Shown here: positions 9,920-19,876 of the stretch, in pieces
Position numbering within the stretch: position 1 is the first letter of the stretch
Layout: the number at the start of each line of letters is the position of its first letter
Assembly (NCBI GenBank): GCA_016839815.1
Contig: JAEOTM010000120.1
Span: 1-34,714, forward strand
Direction: 5' to 3'
DNA length: 34,714 bases
Source: Candidatus Hodarchaeota archaeon
Lineage (GTDB): Archaea; Asgardarchaeota; Heimdallarchaeia; Hodarchaeales; Hodarchaeaceae
Notes under the pieces: model-generated
The model's database searches: none
What the model was told of the DNA's origin: nothing
The model's input: the letters and a program-made list of their open reading frames with translations, nothing else
Position numbers and translations under genes: made by a program

Positions 9920-10195
9920 TTATTTGGATTCAATTAACCAATGATATGAAGTATGTCTCTCTTTCTTTTCTCTAGTTACGTCACCTGTTAATTCAAGTTC
10001 ATCTAAGACTAGAAATATTGTATCTCTTGGAGAAGTTCCTTTTATCTTTCGTTTTCTATACCATGGAATACTTCTATACCGGAACCAATAACTAAACTGG
10101 TCATTCATTAGTTTTTCGTCGATTTTCTTTGAATTTTCAAGAGAATACCCTCTAATCTTCCACTCTTTCTTCCTATGAGTTCTTCCTTTACCCAT
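9920..10195 (-). CDS. Small basic hypothetical protein, possible winged-helix
   Basis: 91 aa, K/R-rich; the C-terminal TIFLVLDELELTGDVTREKKERHTSYHW resembles a wHTH recognition helix plus wing. Confidence 0.6.
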   Translation of the reverse strand: MGKGRTHRKKEWKIRGYSLENSKKIDEKLMNDQFSYWFRYRSIPWYRKRKIKGTSPRDTIFLVLDELELTGDVTREKKERHTSYHWLIESK

Positions 10196-10406
10196 AATAA
10201 AGTCAGGATTACTTTAATCTTCACATTTAAGTCCATTCAGAAGAAGGCAATTAGAAAATTATGGATTATTACAATATTACTATTTGGTATTCTATCTTCA
10301 CTTTTGTACCCAACTTCAATTTGGTTTTACCATGAACGTAGAGATTAAAAGGTGATTAATCCAAAACTATCTCTGTTTTACTTCATACTCACTGGAGTTT
10401 TGAATC

Positions 10407-11213
10407 TTGGAACACTTACCAAAGAGTTTAGAACATTCAGGAGCCTTGGATATAAAAAGGCAGTTAGAAAATATTATTGGTGGGAATATACTTGATGTGG
10501 CTACACAAAGTGGAAGTTTTATTCAAACCTTAATGGATTTTTTATCTGATTATGTTTCTTTTACTGCTATTGATATCACCAGTAAAGAATGGAATCACTC
10601 CAGGTTTACCGATAAACCCGTAACCTTTTTGCAAATGAATGCTGAGATTCTAGAATTTAAGAATTCTACATTCGATACGGTCACGATTTCCCACTCTTTG
10701 CATCATTTAACCTCTGTGGAAAAAGTATTGACGGAAATGAAAAGAGTTCTAAGACCAAATGGGTACTTCATCCTACAAGAAATGTTTTCTGATAAACCCC
10801 AGACTCAAGCTCAAAGGACAGATGTTTACTCTCATCATTGGGGGGCAAAGATTGATACATTATTTGGTATTCCCCATTATTCAACTTTAAGTAAGGATGA
10901 TATCAAACAGTATATTTCTGATTTGGGACTAGAAACTGAAGCTATGATTGAATCTACTCACCCTGTAAAATGTTTACTGTGTGATGACAAATTCAAGTGT
11001 TCTAATCCCAAGAATCCTAGCATCATAAAATTCGCGCTGAAAGAAATTAAAGAAAATAAGGCTAAATTGCAAAAAGGAATAGCTGAAGGGAAGATTATAG
11101 AGAGTACTTATGTGAATAACCTCATCCTTGAGGGAGAAATGATTAAGAACAGAATCAAGATGTATGGATCTGCTTCTGCTTCTCATTTGATTTTTATAGG
11201 GAGAAAATCTTAA
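10407..11213 (+). CDS. Class I SAM-dependent methyltransferase
   Basis: ILDVATQSG (motif I variant), AIDI, QMNAEILEFKNSTFDTV, SLHHL and EMKRVLRPNGYFILQE. Exact start uncertain. Confidence 0.85.
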   Translation: MEHLPKSLEHSGALDIKRQLENIIGGNILDVATQSGSFIQTLMDFLSDYVSFTAIDITSKEWNHSRFTDKPVTFLQMNAEILEFKNSTFDTVTISHSLHHLTSVEKVLTEMKRVLRPNGYFILQEMFSDKPQTQAQRTDVYSHHWGAKIDTLFGIPHYSTLSKDDIKQYISDLGLETEAMIESTHPVKCLLCDDKFKCSNPKNPSIIKFALKEIKENKAKLQKGIAEGKIIESTYVNNLILEGEMIKNRIKMYGSASASHLIFIGRKS

Positions 11214-11231
11214 TAGAATACCTTTATTAGC

Positions 11232-12656
11232 TTATCGACCCTTTTTTCTGGGAAAGGTATAGATGATTAATGATACTATGGCAAATACACAACTAATAAG
11301 GGGAGTACTCTTGGAAGTATCTGTTGTAGCCGTCTCAGAAGCTTTCAATCCATGTGCATAATAAATATCCATTTCATCATTCCTGCCATCAGACCAGACA
11401 ACATGGGGAAAATTATTTGGATCAACTCGAATGGTAAAATAATCTCCAGGTCTTGTAAAGGTATTTGATGTGGGAACTCCGTTTGAAATATCAATGGGGG
11501 TATTAAAAATGGGTTCTTCTGATACTGGAAATTCTAGTACTCGATAAAACGGTTTAAAAGATGATCCACCTTCATCATCATAATAAACAACGTGAACATT
11601 CCCCTCAGAATCGATATCCATGTCAGGTTCCCATTGATTCCCTGGAGTAGTAGGATTAACTTGATATCTGGGACTAAATGTAAGTCCATAATCATCTGAA
11701 TATCTTAGGTATACATCCCACAAACCATCCTCGACATATTTTTCCGACCATAGGACATATAATCGGTCGTTTCGATCAAAATGTATAACAGGAATAGATC
11801 CTTTTGTGGGTCTTTGATCTAAAGAAGTTTCAAATGTACCATTCTCACCATCTTGATTGATATCAACTGGAATAGTGAATGTTTGCCCTTGATCAGTGGA
11901 AGAAGTGACATAGATATCTCCCCATATGTTGTCAGTAAACCATAACCAGGCGATAAACACATTATTATTACTATCAGTTGTCACATAAGGAGCTAGATGA
12001 TCTACGGGATTAGTGATGGAATCTGTTATCAAACCAACTTCAGTAAATGTACTTCCACCATCATCAGAACGTGTTAGGCGAACATAGGTAGCACCCGACG
12101 TGATATTGATATCATCATACGCAACATAGAGTTTTCCATCATTACTAACTGTCATGGTTTCTTTATCTGCAAAACCAATTCCATAACTTGCAGTTACCAT
12201 AGTCCATGAATCTCCATAATCCGTACTCTTCGCAACAGTCATTTGTGAAAATCCCTCCCCTAAAGGGGCATTTAACGCATATTCTAGGTATGTATAATAC
12301 AAGGTCTTGGTTTCTTCATACCAAACTAACCAAGGATCCGATTGTCCGGTACCAGGAATAAAATTTGGCATATTGAAAGGTTCTAACCATGTTGCTCCAT
12401 TATCAACTGACTTTGAAAAACTAACACGAACACCCCCACCATTGTGAGTATATGCTTCCTTCCATCCCGCAAAAATTATTCCTTCACCACTAATAGCAAG
12501 TGTGGGTTCAACATGATGAGTATATGGAGAATCTCTGGTTGATAATAATTTATTTTCAGAGAAAGACTGGATTGAGGAGTCTTCAGCAGAGATTAGACCA
12601 ATTTCAACCTGTATAAATTGAACTAGTATTATCAGAAGGAGTAATTCTTTTTTCAT
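11232..12656 (-). CDS. Secreted, C-terminally anchored BNR/Asp-box (sialidase-fold) protein
   Basis: Signal peptide; five Asp-boxes (SVDNGATW, STDYGDSW, SDDGGSTF, STDQGQTF, SDDYGLTF); GDY motif; Thr/Ser linker, TM helix and RKKGR tail. Confidence 0.85.
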   Translation of the reverse strand: MKKELLLLIILVQFIQVEIGLISAEDSSIQSFSENKLLSTRDSPYTHHVEPTLAISGEGIIFAGWKEAYTHNGGGVRVSFSKSVDNGATWLEPFNMPNFIPGTGQSDPWLVWYEETKTLYYTYLEYALNAPLGEGFSQMTVAKSTDYGDSWTMVTASYGIGFADKETMTVSNDGKLYVAYDDINITSGATYVRLTRSDDGGSTFTEVGLITDSITNPVDHLAPYVTTDSNNNVFIAWLWFTDNIWGDIYVTSSTDQGQTFTIPVDINQDGENGTFETSLDQRPTKGSIPVIHFDRNDRLYVLWSEKYVEDGLWDVYLRYSDDYGLTFSPRYQVNPTTPGNQWEPDMDIDSEGNVHVVYYDDEGGSSFKPFYRVLEFPVSEEPIFNTPIDISNGVPTSNTFTRPGDYFTIRVDPNNFPHVVWSDGRNDEMDIYYAHGLKASETATTDTSKSTPLISCVFAIVSLIIYTFPRKKGR

Positions 12657-12946
12657 TCAACTCTCAACTCGTTATATGAAGGATATCCAGCTACTAATTC
12701 CACCGTCTTTTAGGTTTTCTAGATGTGTGCAACTACTAATATTATTTTCAAGAGAAAAAAGGATGAAATTTAATCAGATTTTATGGTTCCCTAGTTCGAA
12801 TTTTGGGTTTTTTTCACACAAAAATTTAAATATCTGTGCAACGCCTGAACAAAATTATCTCGGATACATTCTAGTTGAGTTATGATCTAAATATGGATTT
12901 ATTACTCTTTCCCGAGATCAACTTAGAACATTTTTGGTGTAAAAAT

Positions 12947-14356
12947 ATGAAAACACGTGTAAAAATAACACTTTTACTTGTTGGAATAATGTTTTTTTCA
13001 ACAGTAGCTATTAATGTTAGAGCAGCACCTCAAAAAACGCATGCTCTACCAGCGGAAATAAAAGTAGGAGGAGTTTTCCCTATTACTGCACGACCTGACG
13101 CTGGTCCAGATCGTCGTGATGGATTCCTCATTGCAATCGCTGAAATCAATAACCAATCAGGTCCAGACCGAATTTTACCTGAAGGCGTTACCTTAGTTCC
13201 AAATGTCCAAGACGACTTGAACACTGCCGCAGGAGGAACAGCTGCAGCTGAAACTCTGTTAGCTTGGGAAGCAGACATTGTACTTGGTTCTTCTGGAAGT
13301 AGTGTAAGTGCTGCAATTGCTAGCACATTAACTCCATCGAAAATTGTACAAATCTCCTATGCTTCTTCTTCACCTTCGTTAAGTGACAGAGAACTATATC
13401 CATACTTCATGCGAGTATGTGCTTCTGATGCTGATCAAGGATTGGCTCTTGCTAAATTAGTTATTGCTTTTGGATGGGAGCGTGGTGCAGTTATTCACAC
13501 AAGTGATTCCTATGGAACAGGATTGATTGAGATTTTCAAATCCTCCTTTAATCAAACTGGTAAGGTGTTAACAGATCAATCGTTTGAAGCTGGAGCAACT
13601 GATGTCTCAGCAGCAGTCCAGGCCCTCAAAGATAAAGATCCAGAATTCATTTTGGGTAACTTTATTGATGAAGATGCTAAAACAGTCATGAAGAAAGCTC
13701 ACGATTTAGGCATGTTAGACTTTGTTTGGTTAACAACCGATGGTTGGTCAACACAAGCGACAATTACAGATGCTAAAGTCAAAGAAGCTATGAACTATTC
13801 CATTGGTACAAACCCCGCTCCTGCAGGAGGAACAGGTCTCGCTGATTTCAATGATACTTGGTTTGATCCTAATTGGGCTTATTTAGAAACACCTGGTAAC
13901 AGTCAAAGTACTGGTACTCCCTTTAATTCCTATGCACCCTTTTCTTATGATGCAGTTTATGTTGCAGCTAAAGGATTAGCTGCTGCTGGAACTACAGAAG
14001 GAGATGCCTTAAAAGCAGCCCTTTATGATGTTACTCATGAAGGTGCTACTGGATTCATAGAATTTAACAACCTAGGAGAAGTCATTGGTAGATATGACTA
14101 TGTTCAGCTCAGAGATGCTATATATGTCAAATTTGGAGAATATGCCATACCTGCAGGTGGTGGTGCTGCAACAGCTGTCTTAGATGATACATCTGCCTTC
14201 TACTTGAAAGATGAATCAGAATGGTCAATTTCCAACAATGTCGTAACAAATGTCAAAGAAGGTATTCATGGAAAAGTGGCTTCTGGTTTTGAACTTCTAG
14301 CTGTAGTACTTAGTATCGGTGTTTTAACCATCTTCATAAAGAAGCGAAAAAAATAA
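12947..14356 (+). CDS. ABC transporter substrate-binding protein, LIVBP/ANF-receptor (Venus flytrap) fold, membrane-anchored
   Basis: Signal peptide from ATG 12947; GSSGSSVS, QISYASSSPSLSD..YPYFMR and YDAV motifs; C-terminal SGF-TM-KKRKK; first gene of the liv-type cluster. Confidence 0.88.
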   Translation: MKTRVKITLLLVGIMFFSTVAINVRAAPQKTHALPAEIKVGGVFPITARPDAGPDRRDGFLIAIAEINNQSGPDRILPEGVTLVPNVQDDLNTAAGGTAAAETLLAWEADIVLGSSGSSVSAAIASTLTPSKIVQISYASSSPSLSDRELYPYFMRVCASDADQGLALAKLVIAFGWERGAVIHTSDSYGTGLIEIFKSSFNQTGKVLTDQSFEAGATDVSAAVQALKDKDPEFILGNFIDEDAKTVMKKAHDLGMLDFVWLTTDGWSTQATITDAKVKEAMNYSIGTNPAPAGGTGLADFNDTWFDPNWAYLETPGNSQSTGTPFNSYAPFSYDAVYVAAKGLAAAGTTEGDALKAALYDVTHEGATGFIEFNNLGEVIGRYDYVQLRDAIYVKFGEYAIPAGGGAATAVLDDTSAFYLKDESEWSISNNVVTNVKEGIHGKVASGFELLAVVLSIGVLTIFIKKRKK

Positions 14357-14358
14357 TT

Positions 14359-14411
14359 GTTAGAATTGCTTAAATCACAATTTAAGTATCTAACTTCCCC
14401 TTTTCTTTTTT
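14359..14411 (+). terminator. Hairpin plus T-tract after the binding-protein gene
   Basis: GTTAGA..GCTTAAAT-caca-ATTTAAGT.TCTAAC followed by CCCCTTTTCTTTTTT. Confidence 0.55.
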
Positions 14412-14470
14412 ACATAAAGATATTATATTATGATTCTTGACATTTCAACTCGTATTTTGGATGTATTTAC

Positions 14471-15205
14471 ATGGGTCAAACAGTGCTCCGCGGTGAACAA
14501 ATTTATTCTGGGTATGGTAAACTTCAGGTAATTAATGGAATTGATATTTATATTGATGAAGGCGAATTGGTGACCATTATTGGGCCAAATGGTTCAGGAA
14601 AATCAACTCTAATTAGGACTATGATTGGCCTGGTTGAGCTATTTAATGGCCATGTTTATATTCGTGGTAAGGAAGTGAGTGGAATGAAACCACACGAAAT
14701 TATTGAAGCAGGCATCCCACTCGGTTATGTTCCGCAACTAGCTAATGTATTCCCAAGTTTAACGATTGAAGAAAATCTTAAAATGGGCCTATTTGTAAAA
14801 AAGTGGGATGAGTACTATCAACAACGAACAGAGGAAATGTTTAAACTTTTCCCAATTTTGGAGGAAAGAATTAAACAAAAAGCGAGTCTTCTAAGCGGAG
14901 GAGAAAGGCAAATGCTAGCATTAGCACGAGCACTAATGCCCTCCCCAGAAGTATTAATCTTGGACGAACCTACAGCAGCATTAGCTCCAAATTTAGCTGA
15001 AGATATGTTACAATTAGTCGTTTCATTAAAGAAGGAATTAAATATATCCATTTTACTAGTCGAACAGCGTGCTAAACGATCAATGGAGCTTTCTGATCGT
15101 GGATATGTGTTAGTTACTGGGGAAATCGCGGCAGAAGGTCCAGCAAACGAATTACTTGCTGAAGATAGAATAAGGAAATTATACCTTGGAGTTAGAGATC
15201 GTTAA
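14471..15205 (+). CDS. livF: Branched-chain amino acid-type ABC ATPase (LivF-like)
   Basis: GPNGSGKST, YVPQ, LSGGERQMLA, ILDEPTAALAP and LLVEQ. Confidence 0.9.
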   Translation: MGQTVLRGEQIYSGYGKLQVINGIDIYIDEGELVTIIGPNGSGKSTLIRTMIGLVELFNGHVYIRGKEVSGMKPHEIIEAGIPLGYVPQLANVFPSLTIEENLKMGLFVKKWDEYYQQRTEEMFKLFPILEERIKQKASLLSGGERQMLALARALMPSPEVLILDEPTAALAPNLAEDMLQLVVSLKKELNISILLVEQRAKRSMELSDRGYVLVTGEIAAEGPANELLAEDRIRKLYLGVRDR

Positions 15206-15254
15206 GACTAATCAAAGTATAAAGAGAAGTATAAAGAAAAAAAGTGAATAAAAA

Positions 15255-16364
15255 ATGGTAATAGCAGGTTTAATACCCATAGATGTTTTCAGTCACACAG
15301 CCTTAATGATTGTTTATGCATGTACATTGATATTATTAACCATTGGATTAAATATGGTCTATTCTGTTCTTAAATTCTCAAATTTTGCACATGCAGAGTT
15401 TATTACGTTTGGAATGTTTACTTCATGGTGGTTACTCCAAATTCTAACCTTTGCTATCCCATGGGATAGCACTAACTTTTTAATAAATAATTTAATCGTT
15501 CATGCATTATTTGCGTTTGTAATGGTTGGTTCTCTTGGTATTGCTAGTGAAGTATTGGTATTTGGAAGGTTAAAAAAGCTTGCAGCAAGCCCAAGATCTT
15601 TTACTGTCGCATCTATTGGAATAGGTCTTATAGTTAGAAATTTCTTAGCAATGATTTTTGGGAATTTTCCAAAACCAAGAATTGGAGGCACCTCTGTTGG
15701 GGAAGTTCCAGCCATATTTGAATGGATTATTGAACCCTTTCCAACACGACAATACTTCTTCCGAAATCATCCTATATTTAGTAATCAAGCAATTTTCATT
15801 ACTGACTACGAAGTATTAATCATTGTAATGAGTATTTGTACAGTCATTGCCGTAGATTATATGTTTCGCAAGACTAAGCTTGGAATTTCAATGCGTGCTA
15901 CATCTGATTCAGTTGAACTTGCACAAGTATCAGGTATTAATACACGAAAGGTTGTTTTCTATACTTGGTTTTTAGCTGCTGGAATTACGGGTTTCGGTGC
16001 AGCTTTATTACGTGCTAACCAACCAAGATTTAGTACCTTAGACGGTTTTATGATGCTCTTACCAATTTTCGCTGTGGTAATTCTAGGGGGTGTTGGCTCA
16101 TTTCGAGGTGGTATTATTTCAGCTTTTATTATTGCTGGAGCTCGACAGTCAACAGTTATTCTTTTTACTCAATTTCAAAGTCCAGGTGGTCTTGAATACA
16201 TGATTGAAGACTTTTTTTACAATATCCTTGGAATAAAAGGACTAACTATCTCTTTTGCTCCTGGATATGCGGATGGAGTCGGTTTTTTTGTACTTATTCT
16301 TGTCCTCTTGTTCAGACCACAAGGGATAGCAGGAACCATTGATGCAACTAGGGAGAGAGTTTGA
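15255..16364 (+). CDS. livH: Branched-chain amino acid-type ABC permease (LivH-like)
   Basis: NFAHAEF, TKLGISMRATS...AQVSGIN, VILGGVGS and RPQGIAG. Confidence 0.9.
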   Translation: MVIAGLIPIDVFSHTALMIVYACTLILLTIGLNMVYSVLKFSNFAHAEFITFGMFTSWWLLQILTFAIPWDSTNFLINNLIVHALFAFVMVGSLGIASEVLVFGRLKKLAASPRSFTVASIGIGLIVRNFLAMIFGNFPKPRIGGTSVGEVPAIFEWIIEPFPTRQYFFRNHPIFSNQAIFITDYEVLIIVMSICTVIAVDYMFRKTKLGISMRATSDSVELAQVSGINTRKVVFYTWFLAAGITGFGAALLRANQPRFSTLDGFMMLLPIFAVVILGGVGSFRGGIISAFIIAGARQSTVILFTQFQSPGGLEYMIEDFFYNILGIKGLTISFAPGYADGVGFFVLILVLLFRPQGIAGTIDATRERV

Positions 16365-16381
16365 GAAAAAGGTGATCCACT

Positions 16382-17704
16382 ATGTCAAGAATATTTAAAC
16401 GTGAAATGAGCGACAAATTACGAAGTATTCTCGTTGGTGCTACTCTTGCAGTCCCCATAATTTATCTTTTTATTTACGCTTTCCTACTTCAATCGAATAA
16501 ATCGATTTTTCTCATTGGTACTCTTCTAACAATCTTAGTCTTCTTTGTAGGAGCACTGAGCTTGGATCTGGAAGTAGGTTCTGTCGGATTACCTAATTTT
16601 GGGAAAGTGGGCTTTTTTGCGCTAGGTGCATATGTCTCAACTCTTCTCTATAGCGTTTATCAGTGGCCATTCTACCATATTCCAGGTATTGGACCGATTG
16701 CACAATTCCTTTTTTCTAGTTTTGTAGCAATAATTGTTGCTGCGCTAGTTGGTTATTTAGTTTCAATACCAACAGTTAAGCTTCGAGCTGACTACTTTGC
16801 AATCATGACGATTGCTGGTGGAGAAATCATCCGTTTGTTATTACAATATGAACGAAGATGGTTCTGGGCACCAGCTCCTGTAGGGCCTCCCACTCAGGTT
16901 ATCTCAAATCGTGTAAAGGTTGATTTCACAGGCCTTTATCCCTTTGATCAAACTTTAGCCCAATACTTTGGATTTACTTTCTTTGAAGATAATAACTTAG
17001 GTTCAATCTTTATTTGGCAGATAGTCTTAATTATCGTATTCGTTCTAATTGCAGTTATCGTTTACTGGTTTGTTGAGCAAATAAGAACATCTCCTTATGG
17101 AAGAACATTACGTGCTATACGAGAAGACGATATTACAGTTACCTCTGTAGGTAAAGATGTTTCTCGATTCCGCTGGCAAGTAACCACACTTGCTGCGTGT
17201 ATTGGTGGTGTAGCAGGAATAATGTACGCAATGACCTTTGCTGCTTTTGAAGCAGGTGATTTCAGGCCGTTCTTGACTTTTGATCTTTATATTTTCATCA
17301 TAATCGGAGGATTAGGAAATAGTCGTGGGGCATTTGCAGGAACAGCCCTAGTCCAAATGTTTCTCCGAGCAGCTCAAGTTCAAGAAGTAAAAGAAAATAT
17401 TTACCTGTATTTAGGGAGTGACACACCAATTTTCGGTCCACTGTTGGACTTTTTGCAATTAGATGTCTCTATAAACCCTGATAATATGAGATTAGTGATT
17501 TTAGGAGTTATTTTAATTTTATTCTTGTTATTCATGCCTGCGGGGTTAATCCCAGAACCAAAAACAAATAATGAAAAATATCTAAAGTCCTTGACTCCTG
17601 AAGAACGTAGACGTTCAGATGAAGCAGTTACAGCCCGTCAAAGTCTAACTGAAAGAGAAAGAATTGATAATGAAGCTACATCTAAGAAAATGGAGGCCTT
17701 GTAA
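16382..17704 (+). CDS. livM: Branched-chain amino acid-type ABC permease (LivM-like)
   Basis: GLPNFGKVGFFALGAY, KLRADYFAIMT, SPYGRTLRAIRED and IIGGLGN. Confidence 0.9.
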   Translation: MSRIFKREMSDKLRSILVGATLAVPIIYLFIYAFLLQSNKSIFLIGTLLTILVFFVGALSLDLEVGSVGLPNFGKVGFFALGAYVSTLLYSVYQWPFYHIPGIGPIAQFLFSSFVAIIVAALVGYLVSIPTVKLRADYFAIMTIAGGEIIRLLLQYERRWFWAPAPVGPPTQVISNRVKVDFTGLYPFDQTLAQYFGFTFFEDNNLGSIFIWQIVLIIVFVLIAVIVYWFVEQIRTSPYGRTLRAIREDDITVTSVGKDVSRFRWQVTTLAACIGGVAGIMYAMTFAAFEAGDFRPFLTFDLYIFIIIGGLGNSRGAFAGTALVQMFLRAAQVQEVKENIYLYLGSDTPIFGPLLDFLQLDVSINPDNMRLVILGVILILFLLFMPAGLIPEPKTNNEKYLKSLTPEERRRSDEAVTARQSLTERERIDNEATSKKMEAL

Positions 17705-18601
17705 ATGGCAAAAGCACAAAATGATGTAAGTCTAACCGCTAAAAATATACACAAATATTTTGGAGGAGTAAAAGCATTAGAAGGAGCATCAGTAGTTGTT
17801 TCTAAAAACAAATTAATATCTCTCATTGGTCCGAATGGTTCAGGAAAAACGACTCTTTTTAATGTAATATCTTGTTGGCTGGACAAATCTCATCCTGACG
17901 ACTTCATTGCAGATAAAGCTAGTGAGGAAAAAGTTAGAAGAGGGCTTCTAAGAAGTATTAAAAGTAGGTTTATCGGAAAGACAGAAAGTGAGGAGGATAC
18001 CCCGAAAGAGGTAGGTCATGTCAAATTTGAAGATTTACATCTTGATGGACTTAGTGCACATGAAGCTGCTCTAACAGGAATGATGAGAACTTTTCAAACA
18101 ACAAGAAATTGGCCAAAATTAACCGTTCTTGAAAATTTACTCGTTGCACCCCAATATCAAACTGGGGAATCATTCTTAAATATTTTCTTCAAACGTAAGC
18201 AAATAGCAGAAGAAGAACATCAGAATACCCTACGAGCTTTAGAAATATTGGATTTTCTTGAGATTACTCATATCCGGGATCAGATTGGGGAGGAACTTTC
18301 TGGAGGCCAACTAAAACTACTAGCCTTAGGACGTTTATTGATGACTGCACCCCGATTGATCCTATTGGATGAACCAATGGCAGGTGTAAATCCTACTCTA
18401 GGTAATAAAATCATGGACAAAATTCTAGAACTGAAGGTAGACTCTACAATCTTTCTAATTGAACATAATATGGATGTGGTATTCAACTACTCCGATGAGA
18501 TTTTTGTTATGGCTAGAGGAAAAATTATTGCACAAGGAACTCCTACTGAGATTGAAACGAATAAGGAAGTCATTGAAGCATACTTAGGAGCAGATTATTA
18601 A
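17705..18601 (+). CDS. livG: Branched-chain amino acid-type ABC ATPase (LivG-like) with an insertion after Walker A
   Basis: GPNGSGKTT, RTFQ, LSGGQ, LLDEPMAGVNP, IEHNM and VIEAYLG. Confidence 0.9.
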   Translation: MAKAQNDVSLTAKNIHKYFGGVKALEGASVVVSKNKLISLIGPNGSGKTTLFNVISCWLDKSHPDDFIADKASEEKVRRGLLRSIKSRFIGKTESEEDTPKEVGHVKFEDLHLDGLSAHEAALTGMMRTFQTTRNWPKLTVLENLLVAPQYQTGESFLNIFFKRKQIAEEEHQNTLRALEILDFLEITHIRDQIGEELSGGQLKLLALGRLLMTAPRLILLDEPMAGVNPTLGNKIMDKILELKVDSTIFLIEHNMDVVFNYSDEIFVMARGKIIAQGTPTEIETNKEVIEAYLGADY

Positions 18602-18616
18602 AAACAACACCTAAAG

Positions 18617-19876
18617 ATGAAGAATTCTCAAAAGTACGAAATACACCCTAATACTACCTTAGCTTCCGCGTTTCTGGTTCATTTATTTGTGGAAGCTCCT
18701 TATTTCATTTTTCCTGTGCTTATTCTGGTAATTGGTGAAGATCTAAATTTAGGAGACTTCATGTGGATAGGCCTAGGATCAATAGGTACAATTGGTGCAC
18801 TAGCGGCTGGTTTACCGGCCCCACTTTTTGGTTGGCTCTCTGATCGATACCAAAGGGGAGTAATGATGTGTATAAGTTTAGTACTTAGTGCTTCAGGAGC
18901 TTTATTGATTGGTTTATTCGGTTCAAGTTTTTTGGTTATAATTATAGGTTATGGAATAATTGGACTTGGAGTTGGCCTCTACCATCCGCCAGGATTATCA
19001 TGGGTTACGTCTGCATTTAAAGATGAGGAAAAAGGTGAGTATTCGAATTATCTAAATAGAATTTTGGGTATTCATGGTGTAGGTGGGACAATTGGATCAG
19101 CTATAGGCCCAATTTCAGTTTTTTTCCTATTAGATTTCATGGATTGGAGAGTTATTTATTTAATTTGGTCGATTCCTTTATTTATACTAAGTTTGATCTT
19201 TTGGATCTTCGTTGCGAGGTTTGAAACTTCATCCAAACAGAGAGAAATTTTTAATTCCTCCAATAGAACGATTAAATTATACAGTTTACTTAAACTAAAT
19301 CTAAAGGATAATCTTGTTTTAATATTTCTTTTTATGATCATGATGTCGCTCACATGGGGAATGACCAATTTTATACTTGCACCATTTCTTTTTGATATCA
19401 AAGGTTTTGAGATATCATATGCAGCATTATTTATTGGAGTATCACACCTTTTTGGTGCTTCTGGTCAGATATTAGGGGGAATTATTGCCGATAAATATTC
19501 TGAAAAAATTGCTCTTCTATTCGCTTCTGCTCTTCAGAGCATAGTCATACTCGGGATTTATGTTCTTAACCTTCCATTGCAATTATTTTTTCTGTATATG
19601 ATTTTGTTTATTGTGAACGCAATTTTCTGGCCCATAACTAATAGTTTCTTAGCAAAAAATACAATTCAAATTGGCAGTGCGTTTGGTGGGTTTATGCTAA
19701 CAGTGAATGTTGTACGAGCAGTAGGGCCTAGCATAGATGGCTTTCTAATTACCTATTTTCCGAGTGAATATCTTTTGATATTTCTATTAGGAATTTTATT
19801 TTCAACGATAGCCTTTGTAACACTTCTACCCATTGAATCCAAGCAAGCAAAGGTTCATGATCTCGAAGGGCAGTGA
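18617..19876 (+). CDS. MFS transporter
   Basis: About 12 TM helices; GWLSDRYQR and GIIADKYSEK motif A copies; YHPPG. Confidence 0.88.
   Translation: MKNSQKYEIHPNTTLASAFLVHLFVEAPYFIFPVLILVIGEDLNLGDFMWIGLGSIGTIGALAAGLPAPLFGWLSDRYQRGVMMCISLVLSASGALLIGLFGSSFLVIIIGYGIIGLGVGLYHPPGLSWVTSAFKDEEKGEYSNYLNRILGIHGVGGTIGSAIGPISVFFLLDFMDWRVIYLIWSIPLFILSLIFWIFVARFETSSKQREIFNSSNRTIKLYSLLKLNLKDNLVLIFLFMIMMSLTWGMTNFILAPFLFDIKGFEISYAALFIGVSHLFGASGQILGGIIADKYSEKIALLFASALQSIVILGIYVLNLPLQLFFLYMILFIVNAIFWPITNSFLAKNTIQIGSAFGGFMLTVNVVRAVGPSIDGFLITYFPSEYLLIFLLGILFSTIAFVTLLPIESKQAKVHDLEGQ

Noticed and set aside
10407-11213. Anamorsin/Dre2 homologue
   Set aside because: Only three cysteines, and their spacing does not match the Dre2 motifs.
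12875-12946. Longer ORF-track starts (also sdhD 9187, SRPBCC 25240, GTPase 34391)
   Set aside because: Downstream ATGs give proper signal peptides, SD spacing or operon coupling; the extensions look non-coding.
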